The notes under the pieces are model-generated. The model was not told the DNA's origin and did no database searches. It was given only the letters and a program-made list of their open reading frames with translations. 64,000 nucleotides of DNA, taken from assembly GCF_001194135.2 (NCBI RefSeq), contig NC_068995.1:33838458-33902457 (forward strand). Reading direction: 5' to 3'. This DNA is from Octopus bimaculoides. Its lineage: Eukaryota. The position numbers and the translations under genes were made by a program. This document shows positions 23,224 to 37,896 of this stretch, piece after piece (within the stretch, counting starts at the first letter, position 1; every line of letters begins with the position of its first letter).

Positions 23224-26200
23224 ATATAAATTGTAAAATGCACAAGCAAGACATAGTCCTCCAGCTCACCAAGCAATAACTTTGAATGAGAACTGATACA
23301 GGCCATAATGTCCTGCATGCCAGCATACAAAATGGATAACTAAAATTCAAAACTGAGTTGAACTTGGGTTAACTTCTATCTTAAATTTTCTCACAATTTT
23401 GTTTACCCTCAAAATAATCCCCTGGTCTATTTAATTACTGACAAACATTATCGTCTAGCAATTATTTAATTTTTCTCAGAGCATAGTCAAATGCTATCTA
23501 AATTACTGCAACTAACTGTGAGATAAATATAATTGGTCTAATGGGAAAAGATCTTCAGATATTGGACCTCAGAGGGGATGACTGACAAGGGGTTGAAATT
23601 TTAGGCAATTTACTGTACTTGAGAAGACACATCAAGCTAAGTATAATCATGGTTGTCATCCCTCTTCACCTAAGTGATCCTAATAAAAAGCACTCGTGAC
23701 AGTGTCATGTAAAAGTGTCCATGCCAATGCTGTGTAAAAGCACACAGTACACTCCGTAACATGGTTGGTATTAGTAAGGGCATCCAACCACAGAAACCAT
23801 GCCAAAAATGACACAGAGCCCAGGCAGTTCCTCAGCTGGCTAGCTCTTGTCAAACCACCCAACCCATGGCAGCAAGGGAAATGGATGTTAAATGATGATG
23901 AACTAACTTACCTAATTAGTGTTAGAATTAGAGTTTTAGTCATAAGTCAGTAGGAAAAGAATTAGTGTTCCATGGTCATTAATACCCATTTGAATATGGG
24001 AAGATTGGGATTAACTGGGTGAATTGAATTAGTTGATGCAGTTTACCTGGAGCAGTAATAGGTTTAAAGAAAACATGGCAGTTAGAGGTGTGCATGAAAG
24101 ACTGAGCTAAGCATTTTTAATACAAAGACTGGGCAGTGAAACAGAGTAATGAAAAAAAAAAAAAAGGTGGGTGGGGGGGTAAACGAGGGGTGTAGTTAGG
24201 ACTAACATAGCAAGCAAGTTCAGAAAAATAAAATGTGGCAGTAAGGGGTGTTTGGAGATTGTGTTGGTGAAAGAGGTCTTGTCAATCAAGAAAAACAGCT
24301 TTTTCGTTTAGCCTGCTAGACTGAAATGCAACGTCATGTACAGGCGACAAAACAAATTGTTAAATCAATGATAATGATTATTATATCTGAAATAAAAATG
24401 TCACAAATTAAAAGTAGAGTAGATGGAAAATTTTAAAGTAGAATGATCAATATAAAAGCTGGATAGGATCAACAAAAGCAAGACATGGTATCTAAGTGTA
24501 TACAGACACATGAGAAAACACAAACATGCATACAAACATTATAAACAATAAACACATACAAGTAAACAAATATCACTGTTTGATGTCATCTGTTTGCAAT
24601 CTTCTATAAAAATTTATCCAACCATCAAGCTATTCATGTTCAAAGAACTGAGAGAAATATTACTTTGCTTGGAAACAGATGAAAATTGGTAACAGCATCC
24701 CGCTATAAAAAATCTGCCTCAGCAATTTCATCTGACCCATGCAAGCATGGAAAAGTGGAGGTTAAAACAACGATACAGTGTTTTCATGTATAATATGCAA
24801 TTTTCCACCAGATTTTTTTATCCTGAAAGTTATAGGTGTGCATTATACATGAGAACTAGATGTTACCTAATTTTGCAGCTGAGAGCGTATGACTGTATAG
24901 GAAGACGTAACCAACAGTCAGTTATATTTACTATCCAAGCGAATTGATGTGCAGCAAAATGTTTAAAATCAATGTTACAGTATTCTATGAGAGTGATTAT
25001 TATATATTAAATGTTCATTATATTTCATATGCATGCATTAGAGATCTTATCTACTGAGATTGTCTCCTATTTTATTAACACACTGAAATGACTCACAAGT
25101 AAACTATAAAACCAAAGCAGCAAAGAGACAAAATTTACTTTGGTTTCTTTATATATGCTGCTATAAGAATATATACTTCTTAAAATTTTGTTTCTGTAAC
25201 CTGCTTTAATAGATAACACAAAAATGCCCCAGCCATAACTATCCAGTCAATATATCATTTAAAATATATACAATCGCATATCCTTGAATTTCCTTTTATT
25301 AAACAATTGTAATATATAAAAAGTGCTGATCACTCAACATAGAGCTTGTGAATACAGGAGACTTGGGAAGACATGGGATAAAGTGGTGAAGGCTGATCTC
25401 AAGACCTTGAACTTCATGAAGGAGATAAACAACCAGGATAACTGGTAATATGCTGTTCTTGAAAAGATATATGCATGCACAATATCTTTTCTCCTCAAAA
25501 CACCTTCATCATCTATCAACCCCCTAACTGCAGCTCTTGCTTGATGCCACTTTTCTTACTGCACCATTTTGCTTGCTCCTTTATCCATTAATACTGATCA
25601 ACCCCCACCTCCACTGAGCCACCAAATTGTTTCCCCATCCACAGCCATACATATCTCAAGCTCCTCATGCTTGCCTATCACTCACTCATTCCTGCAACTT
25701 ACCAAACAAGTTATCTTGTTCTTTTCCTGTCTACTGTATCATATTACTATTCCACTGATTTGCACTTTCAGTCACCTTTTACTATTCATTTTCCCTTCTT
25801 GAATCACTGACAATCATCTCCCTTCCTTTACCCATCTCCCCCCCCCAATACTCTCTTGCAACTACCACCCACCTACACTCATGATCCCTATGCTCCACTC
25901 ATTTCTACCCACCATATAGCTTGAAGGTTTACCCTGACACTTCATCACACTATTTCTATCATTTCTACCACCAACCAGTCACTCCCATCCTCTCATTTAA
26001 AATAATGAGTAGTCATATAGTTCCTCAACAACATGAAACTGGTTCTGCTCTGGCCCCTATTTACTCTTCACCTAGCATAAAAGCTGCCCTCTAGGGGTTT
26101 GTAGTCTTGTAAGCTGCATAGCAACCTCACTAGTGCCAGTGGCTCAAAAAGAAGCACCCATTAGATGCTGTAAAATGGTTAGCATTAGGAAGGGCATCTG

Positions 26201-26243
26201 GCAGTAGAAACCAGGTCAAAGCAAACACTGTAGCACAATGAAA

Positions 26244-26282
<39 letters not shown>

Positions 26283-27868
26283 CGCATACACACACATTAT
26301 TAAAAACACAACACACACACAGAACTTACATTGCAAATCCAATGACAAAGAACACTAATATTCTAATGGTCAAATTTGGTTGGAAAATCTGTATAAATAT
26401 ATGGTGGCTGCCACTATAAACAAGGCAGCATAAAAGTTAAAACCAACCCACATCCTGAAGATGAGGCTGGGATAACCTGGAAATGTTCTGGAAACTGTTG
26501 TACTAAATGTAAAATCACTGCAAATGATATATAAGGGTTTGATACTCATGCATAAGAAAATGTTAGTAAAAAAGATCAATTTAGAACATAGTTGTGTTTT
26601 TAATATATGTTTAAAAGAAAAAAAACTGTTTTCCAAATATACATGTATATAAATATTCTCTTTCTTTCTCTCTTCTAACTAAGGTAGCTGTGTATCTCCT
26701 CTACAGCAAGGCATTTGATTCTGTCCCTCTATCATAGTTTAACCTCTCATCACCAGGCACTAAACTACCTCCCTTAATACTAACACCTGCTCTCAATTGA
26801 AGGATCTTTGTGTTGCAAGTTAATTGGTGGCCCCACTGGTGCTGGTGCTACATAAAACACCCTGGACACTCTGAAATGTGAATGGTGTTTGGAAGGGCAT
26901 CCAGTTGTTGAAAATTTGCCAAAGCAGACAGCAGAATTTGGTGCAGTCCTCTGGCTTGCCAGCTCCTGTCAAACTGTCCGACTCATACCATCATACCAAC
27001 CTAGTAGGAAGTTAGATGAAGAAGCACACATACACACATACTTTAGTAGCAGAAATAACAAATTATTTGATCTTTATATTACATTTTTTGAGCAAGCTAC
27101 AAATTCCATTTATATTCTGTTGTTCAGTATTCTATCCAATAGAACTTTCTATGCATGTCAGAAAGGTTCTCTAGATTCATAATTACAACATTACATAAGT
27201 AAATGAATAAGAACATAACTAAATTACAACAGATCTGAAAATAAAACTTCTTTAATTCATTTTTAAATCCCTTGGCTTTTCCCCTTATTTGTGTGTAACC
27301 AGTCCTAACTTGAAACTTTCCTGTAGACTTAATATGAAGATTGTTCTATCATACTTAACTGATAGAACTAAAATACAATGTACTTCTAAATACTACAACT
27401 ATAGCAGACCGATTTTTATTTATCCCTTTAGTATTCAGATTACTCTGACAAAAGTTTTGAATCAATCATGCATTATCTTGTAGCTTCAGGATTTTGATAG
27501 CATGATTGTTTATCATTAGAATGACACAGTAGGGTAGGTGTGAGAGGCAGGATCTGCTCAGCCTGAACATAAGATAGAATATTTGGATTGGATATGGTTG
27601 GTTTAAATGCTAAGGAGATGCATCAACTTTTTTTTACCCCTTAAAATACATAGTATCTTTGAGTTGTTTAGAACAATTAGCTAATTTAATTTATACTCTC
27701 TATAGTGTTTTAAACAAACAATACCTGGGGATTAATGAACAGGTAAGATAATTAGAATAAATTATTGATAATCCAAGTTCAATATTGTAGGAAACCTATT
27801 TGCAGTTGGCTTCTTATACCTTTCTAAGGAGCAGAAAGGAATAAAAATAGGCCTGGAGCTGTGTGTGT

Positions 27869-27879
27869 NNNNNNNNNNN
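27869..27879. other. Assembly gap (N run)
   Basis: 11 N between (GT)n and poly-G. Confidence 0.99.
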
Positions 27880-29325
27880 GGGGGGGGGGGTTAAAGTGAT
27901 GTGGTACCCATCTTTAAATGTAAATGGAATTTTGTGTCAACTCTCACTATGTCTTCTTTATTCTAATAAGAAAGACCCTTATCCCTGGTCCACTATATTT
28001 CATAACTTATCTACATAAATTGCCAGTTCTCTAAAATGAATCAAAGTTTGAAAGATTGCTTTAGTCCAATGGTAAAACACTTGTCTCTATAGATATGTGT
28101 TTGAGTCCTACAGATAGCCTTCAACTTTTTTTTTTATCCAAAAGGGCTTTTCAACCAATATTTAGATGATATTTATAGTTATATGTGGTTTGAGATCCAC
28201 TGTTCCAAAAAACAAAATTATTTTACTCATACAAGTTTCTGGAATTTATGTACAACATTTTTTCTTCAATATTTGTCAGAATCTATCATAAAATATGGTT
28301 TCTATAACCAGCAGTCAAAATAGGCAATAACAACTGTCCTATATTCTTAAAAATTGTGCTACAATTTGCATGACTCACTTCAACTATATAGTGCTACACC
28401 CTATTTTCCAACTTATGATACATTCTAGATAGGTAAATATTTTTTCTAAGCAGAAACTCTAATTTTTCTTTTTTGTGGGGATTTATTAATAAATCAATAT
28501 TTCTGCATTAATATTAATTATATCTTTCTTATTGCATCTCATCAGAATAGAGATAAACAACTCCAAATCAGTGAATAGAAGGAGGAAATATAAAAATTTA
28601 AATTTTAAAAAAAAAGAGGAGATAACTTTATTCTTGTGATATTAATAACTTTCTTGACCAATCTTCAAGTCATATCTCAATGCTATCATGCCCTGCAACC
28701 AAACAAGATTATTCACCTGAAGAGATTTTCTCAATCTCACCTGTCTTTATTATTTGTTATTGAAATCATAGAAGCTACTACCACTACTACTCCGATATCA
28801 AAACTAAGTAGCAGCTACAGGAGTATTGCTTACTGTTGATAAGAGTTCACATAACATTCCAAATTATTACAAAATCAATTCTGCACTGCGGTAGTGTGGT
28901 GGTTTCAAGGGATATTATTTGAAGAGGGAGATTTCTCTTCCCACTCCCCCAAAAATAATAAGAGACATTGAATAAATTATATCAATAACTGAAACTAGTC
29001 AGTATAACATGTGAAAGCATAGAATACAACACTATGCACTGGTTAAGTAAAACAATAAGAAAATGTGGTTAGGAGTGTTTTAGTTTGGTCAATAATATAG
29101 ATTCAATCAAATAGAGCCGAGACCCTGTACAAAATATAGCCATGGAAAGCTTAAAAAAATAAGAACTGGGGTTAATTTGTTTGACAATAATTCTTCAAGG
29201 TGGTGCCCCAGTATGGCTGCAGTTAAATGACTGAAACAAGTCAAAGATATATCATTATACACACACACTATAACACTGCACAAAGCAGCATTGAATGAAA
29301 TATATTCATATGAAGTTGTACTTTA

Positions 29326-29667
29326 CATCAACTGCACTTAGACATGAGAAGACCTCCCATTGCAGAGCTAGTTCCAGGAGAAAATTGTCCTAAATATGCA
29401 TCAGAATGCAAGATAGGATCAAATGATGTCTTTCACAGACAAAGACACGTGTGTTTCTGTGCTGTTTCACTGTCAGCAATGAAAACCAAATCGTTCATAC
29501 ACAGCCTGGTAAGAATGGGATTGTTCTTATTGAAACAGAACACAATATGTATGCCAATGTGCAAAAACCTCGGTCAAGCTAGAATTCACACATCCAAGAG
29601 GAAAATTCTCTCCCAAGACAAGCTCTGCAAGAGAAGGTATTCTCACATCCAAGTGTAATTGAACATA
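29326..29667. mobile_element. Old MITE with about 60-bp imperfect terminal inverted repeats
   Basis: acttagacatgagaagacctcccattgcagagctagttccaggagaaaattgtcc versus the reverse complement of ggaaaattctctcccaagacaagctctgcaagagaaggtattctcacatccaagt. Confidence 0.6.
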
Positions 29668-31505
29668 GTTGAACAGGACTTTATACACATGTGCACATAC
29701 ACACACATGTATATGTACACACACACACAGTCTGGATGTAGAGAGTTGCATACAGAAGTGCTGATCACTTAAAGTGGATGGAACTTGTGGAAAAGGGAGA
29801 CCCAGGAAGATATGGGATGACTGATCTCAAGACAATGAGCCTTATGAAAGGGATGATTAAGGACAGAGATATCTGGTGCACTGCTGTACTCAAGATCCAT
29901 ACACCACAGCAGAATTGATAGCGGTGTTGGTGGTGCCACATGAAAAGCATCCAGTACACTCTGTGAAGTGGCTGGCATTAGGAAGGACATCCAGCCATAG
30001 ACACCATGCCAGAATAGACAATGGAGCTTAGTGTGACCTTTGGCCTTGCCAGATCCAGTCAAATCAGCCAATCCATACCAGTATGGAAAATGGATATTAA
30101 AAAAAATGATGAGTTCAGCAATATATCACCATTGTATTCACATCTGCTTTTCTTATGCTGGCATGGTTTGGACAAGACTTACTGATGCAATATTCTAACC
30201 TTTGTTTTTCAAATAAGGTAATTTGATTCCATTGGCATTCACAGGAAACAGCCGAGTGATGAGATATAATTGTTTAATGGAAGACATAAACATACATTTT
30301 TGCTTTTGTTTGAAGTTACAGTGATGATATGCAGAAACAAACATTCATGCATGCATGGTAGAGTACTGGCTTAAAGCATGAGCCCCCCAACCACCAAGCC
30401 ATAGATCATTTAGTACTAGCCTGTACAGAAAGAATAAATTTTAAAATTTCATTTCTATTTTATTGACTGTCAGATTGCAAGGTGTTTTTGCTTTATACAT
30501 ATATATGTAATAGTTAAATTATATATTAAGCACCTGTATTTTGTTATGCATGTGTTCCCTCAGTGTATGGAAAAATTCTCTTGTATGAGACAATCTGTGG
30601 TGCAAAAATGTTTGGGGAGTGCTAGTTTAAAGGGATATTATTTGAAGAGACACCCCACCCCCACCCACCGACAGAATTTTCAGTTTCCATTAATCAACTG
30701 TCATTTACAAAGCATTTCTCAACCAGAAGCTATAGTAGAAGACACTTCCCAAGATACCATGCAGTGGGATGGAACCCGAGACTATATGTGTATGTGTATA
30801 TTAATTAATGAAGCCATACCATATGGTCTTGTAACAAACAATTTACTCATGTTTAGTAATAAATTATCTAAACAACTGATATTTTGATGTAAATCATTGT
30901 ATTTATGTCGCATTGTGAAATTGCAGGACATTATATATATAGTCCCCAGACTTTGCTCTTTCTGTTAATACTGTCACATTTTAATCTTTGCCATTTTTAG
31001 TTTGGCAAACTTTTGAAGAAATAAATTCTACAGAATTTTCTTACACATATGGCACTGGTAGAGTATAAAAGCTATGTAGACAATTTGTGGAAAACTCAAA
31101 ATTCTTCCTTGTCTTGCAAGTTACTTGGTGACCCTGCTGGTACCATGTAAAAAGCATCCAGTCCACATTATAAAGTGGTTTGTATTTGGAAGGGCATTCA
31201 GCTGTAAAAACCAGGTTAAAACTGACCCTGCCTGTACTGGTGCCACATAAAAAGCACTCAGTCCACTCTGTGGAGTGGTTGGGTTTAGGAAGGGCATCCA
31301 GCTCTAAAAAATCTGCCAAAACAGATACAGTAGCCTGGTGTAGTTTTCTACCTGGGTGACTCCTGCCTACATGGAAGCCAGATGTTACACAATGATGATG
31401 ATGATACAAATCTGTATTGTATGGCTTTAGTAATTCATTTATTTTGTATAAAGAGTATTTTGAGAAATGCTTCAGCTATTTACACTCTATATGTGTGTGT
31501 GCATG

Positions 31506-31551
<46 letters not shown>

Positions 31552-34273
31552 AGTCATCGCTGTTTCTATGTTTTCCATTCTGGCATGTTTCTCTGCAGCT
31601 GGATTCTCTCCTGTTACCGAACTGAAATGATTTTCGGGTAAGGCATTTTTCTTTCCACTGGTCCTCACAGCGAAATCAATCAAGTCATTGAAATTATAGG
31701 AGTTTTGTTTGCAAGGGAATTTAAACAATTCAAGCACTTTTAATGGGATTTATTTCAGTTTTTGTCAATGAATCCCACTCACAAGCCAATGAGTCCAAAG
31801 CTACAGTAAAAGAACACTAGGCACTGAGGTTGAACCTGAAACCACATAGTGGCAAAGTGAACTTCACGATCACATAGCCATGCCTGCAACAACAAATTTC
31901 ACTCACATGCCAGTCAGTCTAAGGGTATAGAAGACACTAGGTAGTCGGGTTGAAACTGAAATCACATGGTTACAAAGTGAACTTTATGATCACATAGCCA
32001 CAACTGCACACACACACACATTTTCTTTTAATCCCTTAACTTCTATTATTTTCCATGCTAGTTTTACGACATATTAAAATAAGTATGCTTTTGTAAAAAA
32101 CTTAAGTACTTTTTGCCATTTAGGTCATGCAAAGCTAATGTTATGTTCTAAAAATAGTCACATGATCTACCAGTGGTCCTGAGTCAACAAAAAAAAAACA
32201 AACCCATCCTCTTCCTCCTCATAATTATTATCATTATTATCATTAAGGTGGTGAATTGGGAAAATTGTCAGCATGCTGGGGAAAATGCTTGACAATATTT
32301 TGCTCATCTTTAAGTTCTGAGTTCAAATTCCACTGAGGTCACCCTTGCTTTTCATCTTTTCAAGGTTGATCAAATAAGTACGAGTTGAGCACTAGGGTCG
32401 ATGTAATTGGCTACCCCCTCTTCCAAAATTTCAGGTCTTGTGCCTATAGTAGAAAGATTAAGGCGACAAGCTGGCAGAATTATCAGCATGTCCGACAAAA
32501 TGCTTAGATGCACTTCATCTATCTCTACATTCTGAGCTCAAATTCTACCAAGACCAACTTTGCATTTCATCCTTTCAGGGTCAGTGAAATAAGTACCAGT
32601 TGAGCACTGAGATTGTAATCAACTAGTCCACTCCCCTAAATAAAAATATTTCAAGCCTAAGGATTATTATTGTTATTATTATCATGAGGATGCATGACTT
32701 AGTGGCTTCAATTCCTAGATTGGATGGTGCATTATGTTCTTGAGCAAAACACCTCATCTCATGTAGCTCTGTGATCATTTTGACATCCAATGTGTTGTAC
32801 ATTGTGCACCTGTTTAAGTTATGTTGATTTGATGGAGGGAGAGAGCTCATGCACAGCACATACATTTGATCACTAGAAACAAATCATTTGTGCAGGTTGT
32901 TCGGCTTAAGCTGAACACTCATACATCATCTTCGACAGGAGAATCCATCATTTATTATTATTATTATTATTAGTAGTAGTAGTAGTAATAGTAGTAGAAA
33001 ACAGTAAAGTGTTAGAAATGGCTAAGCTGGACTAATTGCTCTATAGTATTTAGTTTCTCAAGTCCAACTTAAAATATTAATTGGGTTAACTTTGTCTTCC
33101 ATAACCTTTGAAGTTAAAAAGTATCTTATATATTGAGTCAACGAAATTTGATTACATATCATTTCATACAGATTAATAAATTAGGTTTATTTGAAAAAAT
33201 ATATTTTAAATGACTGTAACATTATGTAGGTTAAAAATAAAATTTATAAATTGTGTTACAATATTGTGTCTAGAAATACATATTTTCTTTTATATACAGA
33301 CAGAACAGTAACTTTTACTAATAAAATGTCCTCCATTATAGCAGTTTTCACTCAAAATACAAAAATTCATCATACAGTAGGAAAAAAATACAGCTATTTA
33401 TGTGTAAACAATAATATACACAAACTAATGTGAGAATTAAAAAAAAATTAAGCTTTTGGTCATCTAGCATGATCAAATGAGATAATCACTGAGAGACAAA
33501 TAAGAATTAGCAGCAACAGATTAAAAATGAGATTTTAACATGGCTTATTCTAAGAAGATTATTTAGAACATGAGAAGTTAACATAAAAGCGGGATATGTC
33601 ATGTACATTTCCTATGTATGTAATATAACAATGTGTATATAAAAAAAGGAGTGGGAGAGAGAAAAAGAAGCAGTATCATTTAATAGTTAACATATAAACA
33701 GTTTATATTGAATAGAAAAGTCAGAATATTCAAAAGCAATTATCTCCCTTAGACGCCATCTGATATGTCAGACAAGAAATACACCTATGTACATATACAC
33801 GCACAAAAACGCACTCGTGCATTCATGCACATGAATTTCATGAGCATCTTCAATTGTGGATATTTTGCTGACTTCTTTTTAAAGAGTAACAGCAATGATG
33901 AGTAGCCAACAGGCAACTGGAGAAAATTTAACACACATATATATATACAAGTAAACGCAAAAGTACATATATATATACAGAAACACATAACTAAAGAACA
34001 TAATGCGCTGCCTAGTCCAGGAATTGAACACATGACTTTACAATCCTGAGTCTAATAACTCAACCACAAAGCCGTGTGTTGTGTACTTGAGTAAGACGCT
34101 TCATTTTATATTGCTTCACTCAGTTGAGAATGAGTACCGCCAACAGCTGGGAGTTAACTGTGTTTGGCATCCAAGTCCAGTGGGGACTCAGTCATTCAAT
34201 GCCCTGAAAACCAAGATAAACTCAGCCTTAATGAGCCAATAGGCTTGAGATGAACTTTAACATATACATACAT

Positions 34274-34424
34274 AGGCGCAGGTATGGCTGTGTGATAAGA
34301 AGCTTGCTTCCTAACTACATGGTCCTTGGGAAAGTGTCTGGTACCATATAGCCTCAGGTCGACCAAAGCCTTGTGAGTGGATTAGGTAGACGGAAACTGA
34401 AAGTCCGTCGTGTGTGTGTGCGTG

Positions 34425-34494
<70 letters not shown>

Positions 34495-34830
34495 TACACG
34501 AGAGGCTTCTTTCAGTTTCTGTCTACCAAATCTACTCAAGGCTTTGGTTGGCCCAAGGCTACAGTAGAAGACACTTGCACAAGATATCATGCACTAGGAC
34601 TGAACCCGGAACTGTGTAGTTAGGAAGCAAGCTTCTTACAACACAGCCACGCTGTGTGTTTGTCTCCCCATCACTGCTTGACAACCGGTGTTGGTGTGTT
34701 TACATCAGTAACTTAGAGGTTCAGCAAAAGGAATCAATAGAATAAATACTAGGCTTAAAAAGTAAGTTCTGGGGTCAATTTGCTTAATTAAAAAAACCCT
34801 TCAAATGACTGAAACAAGTGAAAGAATGAA
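34274..34830. mobile_element. SINE family A (+) carrying an inverted second SINE head in its central microsatellite
   Basis: Head (+) 34274-34415, (TA)n about 34415-34485, head (-) 34490-34652, tail (+) 34655-34830. Confidence 0.8.
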
Positions 34831-35279
34831 AATACATACCGATTACACACACATATATATAGGCACATACACATTTAATCATATATCTACACATACACAT
34901 TTATGCATGTTTATAAATGTGTATGTATACATTTTACACATACATGTAATATTGTTCAGTAGCCTACAAGTATTTAAAGAGATGAAAAGCCTTTCAAAGT
35001 AGAACCAGATATAGTCAATAAAATAACAGGAAATTAGAATAAGCTTGTGTCAAGAGCAGGTTAAGAAGTGGACTGAAACTTTTAGGCACTTTATATAAAA
35101 TTATCCAGTCAAAATAATAGACTGAATCAGCAGATATATCAGTCAACAATCTCACTGTTAACCGTTTGTAAGGAAAATGCAATACAAAAAAAAAGATAGA
35201 GTCAGCGGGTGTATCCATAACTTGAAAAAAAAGAAAATTTTATTTGTACAAAAGAACATTTCATAGAATCTTGACATGA

Positions 35280-36450
35280 AGAGGGACCAGCTATCCAAAT
35301 TGATGGTGCCTTGATAGATAAAGCAATTAAGGGTATGATGACAGGGAAAGCCCTTGGCCCATCAGGAATTACCGCAGAGATGCGCAAAATACTTGGCGGT
35401 GTCGGCTATAGCTTAGTCACCCGTATAGTTAATCAGATGTGGTGTGCAAGAGAGACGACTGCGCTGATATGGTCATGTGTTGCAAATGAATGAGGACAGC
35501 TGTGTGAAAAAGTGTCACACCCTAGCATTTGTGGGAACCTGTGGAAGAGGTAGGCCCAGGAAAATTTGGGACGAGGTGGTGAAGCACAACCTTCAAACGT
35601 TGGGCCTTACTAAGACAATAACTCGTGACCAGGACCTTTGGAGATATGCTGTGTTTGATAAGACCTGACAAGCCAAGTGAGACCATAGCTCATGGCCAAT
35701 GCTGTTGGGTGTAACCAGCCCATTTATGAATACCCCTCATTCATTGGACAATAAACCTTGCTTGTGAAGACCTATTGAGGCAAGTGAAATCAAAATTGCT
35801 GACATGGCCGATGACCGTACCGCCTGATTGGCACTCGTGCCAGTGGAATGTTAAAAGCATATCCGAATGTGGGGTGTAATCGACCCACTTACGAGTACCC
35901 CTCATTCATTGGGCAATGAACTTTGCTTGCAAAGACCTATTGAGGCAAGTGTAAACAAATCAAAATCACTGACGTGGCCGATGACAGTACCACCTGATTG
36001 GCACTCGTGCCAGTGGAACATTAATAGTGCATCTGGGAGTGATCGTTGCCAGGGCCATGGATTGGCTCCCGTGCTGGTGACATGTGAAAAGCACCAATTC
36101 AAGCGTGATCGTTGCCAGCGTTGCTTTACTGGCACATGTGCTGGTGGCACATGAAAAACAACACTCGAGTGTGGTCATCGCCAGTGCTGCCAGACTTGCT
36201 CTCGTGCAGGTAGCACATAAACACCTTTTGAGCTGGTTGTTGCCACAACCGCCTGACTGGCCCTCATGCCGGTGGCACATAAAAGCACCCACTACACTTT
36301 CGGAGTGGTTGGCATTAGGAAGGGCATCCAGCTGTAGAAACTTTGCCAGATCAGATTCAGCCTGGTGCAGCCTCTGGCTCACCAGTCCTCAGTCAAACCT
36401 TCCAACCCATGCCAGCGTGGAAAGTGGGCGTAAAACGATGATGATGATGA
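35280..36450 (+). mobile_element. RTE LINE with a large internal deletion, full 3' UTR and (GAT)n tail
   Basis: DKAIKGMMTGKALGPSGITAEM joins directly to the C-terminal CVKKCHTL...CGRGRPRKIWDEVVKH. The 3' UTR matches 11821-12600; tail aaacgatgatgatgatg at about 36432-36450. Confidence 0.9.
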
Positions 36451-37451
36451 GTTTGTAAGATAACAAACTTCAGGTTTTTGCTGAGAACGGCAAACCTTCT
36501 GAAATTATAATTAGAAGTGTGTGGTAGGGTGAGAGAGGGAGAAGACTGATGGGGGGAGTTAGAAAAGCAGAAGTGACTTAGTGTCATAAAAAAAGTACCC
36601 TGATACAATCAACAGGCTGTACCAATGTCTACCAACAGGCTGCACCAATGTGGATATCTGAAGACTTTTATAAGTTGATATCCCAGATCTCATTGAAAAA
36701 TCTGTCAAAAAGCTGTAGAAATGGTTCCAAACCTAAAAGAATAGCTAAGATCAACAAAGAGATCAAACAATGTAACAGAGCATAAGATCCAAGCATCACC
36801 TGGGAATTTGCCATACTAACTGTAAGGGAAGAGATAAAAGCTCAATGAAAATAATAAGAAACAAAATGTTTGGTAGAATCTCTGGCAGAAGATGAGATAT
36901 CGATGTTGAGGAGAAATAAGCAAGAGAAAGCCATAAAAAGTCTGAACTGTTCAGAGGTTCACATGTAATTTTAATGGTCCAAATGACAAGATTTAGTCGG
37001 GGCTGTAGAAGTGACAGTGTAATAGCTAAAATATGAAAGGATGAAAAATGTTCAGAGAGCTGTTACCTCTGTGAGACATAGGTTTGTCAATTTTTGAAAA
37101 AAGCAAACTGCAATAAGCATAGATGTCTGATGCTGCATAGTAAGACATCATGAGCAGTGAAAGTAAATTTAGGGAGACTGGCAATAAATTGATGATTTGT
37201 CAGATGTGCAAGTCAGAATACAAAAAAAGTAGTGAGAACAAATGTATGTAGTAATGATGCCAGCTAATGACTATATGGCTTGTTTGTATACAGGAGGTAA
37301 ATACTGAGTGAGAAAGTATTGGTGTCCACAGCAGAGCAAAGTATGATGTTGGGAAGAAGTGACACAGTCACAATCAAGATGTTGGTCCTCAAAGATTTGT
37401 CTAATTCATATCAACATAAAAAAAGCAAGCAACATAATGAACATTTTTTTT

Positions 37452-37666
37452 CCTTATCGTTTACAAGTCATTTGATTGCGGCCATACTGGGACACCACCT
37501 TGAAGGGTTTTAGTTGAACAAATCAACTCCAGGATTTATTCTTTTTGAAAGCTTGGTACTTATTCTATTGGTCTATTTTGCCAAACTGCTAAGTTATGGG
37601 GGTGTAAACACACCAGAACTGGTTGTCAAGTGGAGGTAGGGGACAAACACACACATTATATCTATA

Positions 37667-37745
<79 letters not shown>

Positions 37746-37896
37746 TTACATACACACACAATGGGCTCCACTCCACTCACAAGGCTTTGGTTGGCCTGAG
37801 GCTACAGTAGAAGACATTTGCCCAAGGTGTCACACAGTGGGACTGAACCTGGTACTATGTGGTTGGGAATCAAGTTTCTAACCACACAACCATACC
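37452..37896 (-). mobile_element. SINE family A with an expanded central (TA)n
   Basis: Collinear with 16219-16605; about 75 bp of (TA)n at 37668-37745. Confidence 0.8.

Noticed and set aside
34311-37881. IYIYIY/THTHTH ORFs
   Set aside because: Translations of (TA)n and (CA)n microsatellites within SINEs.
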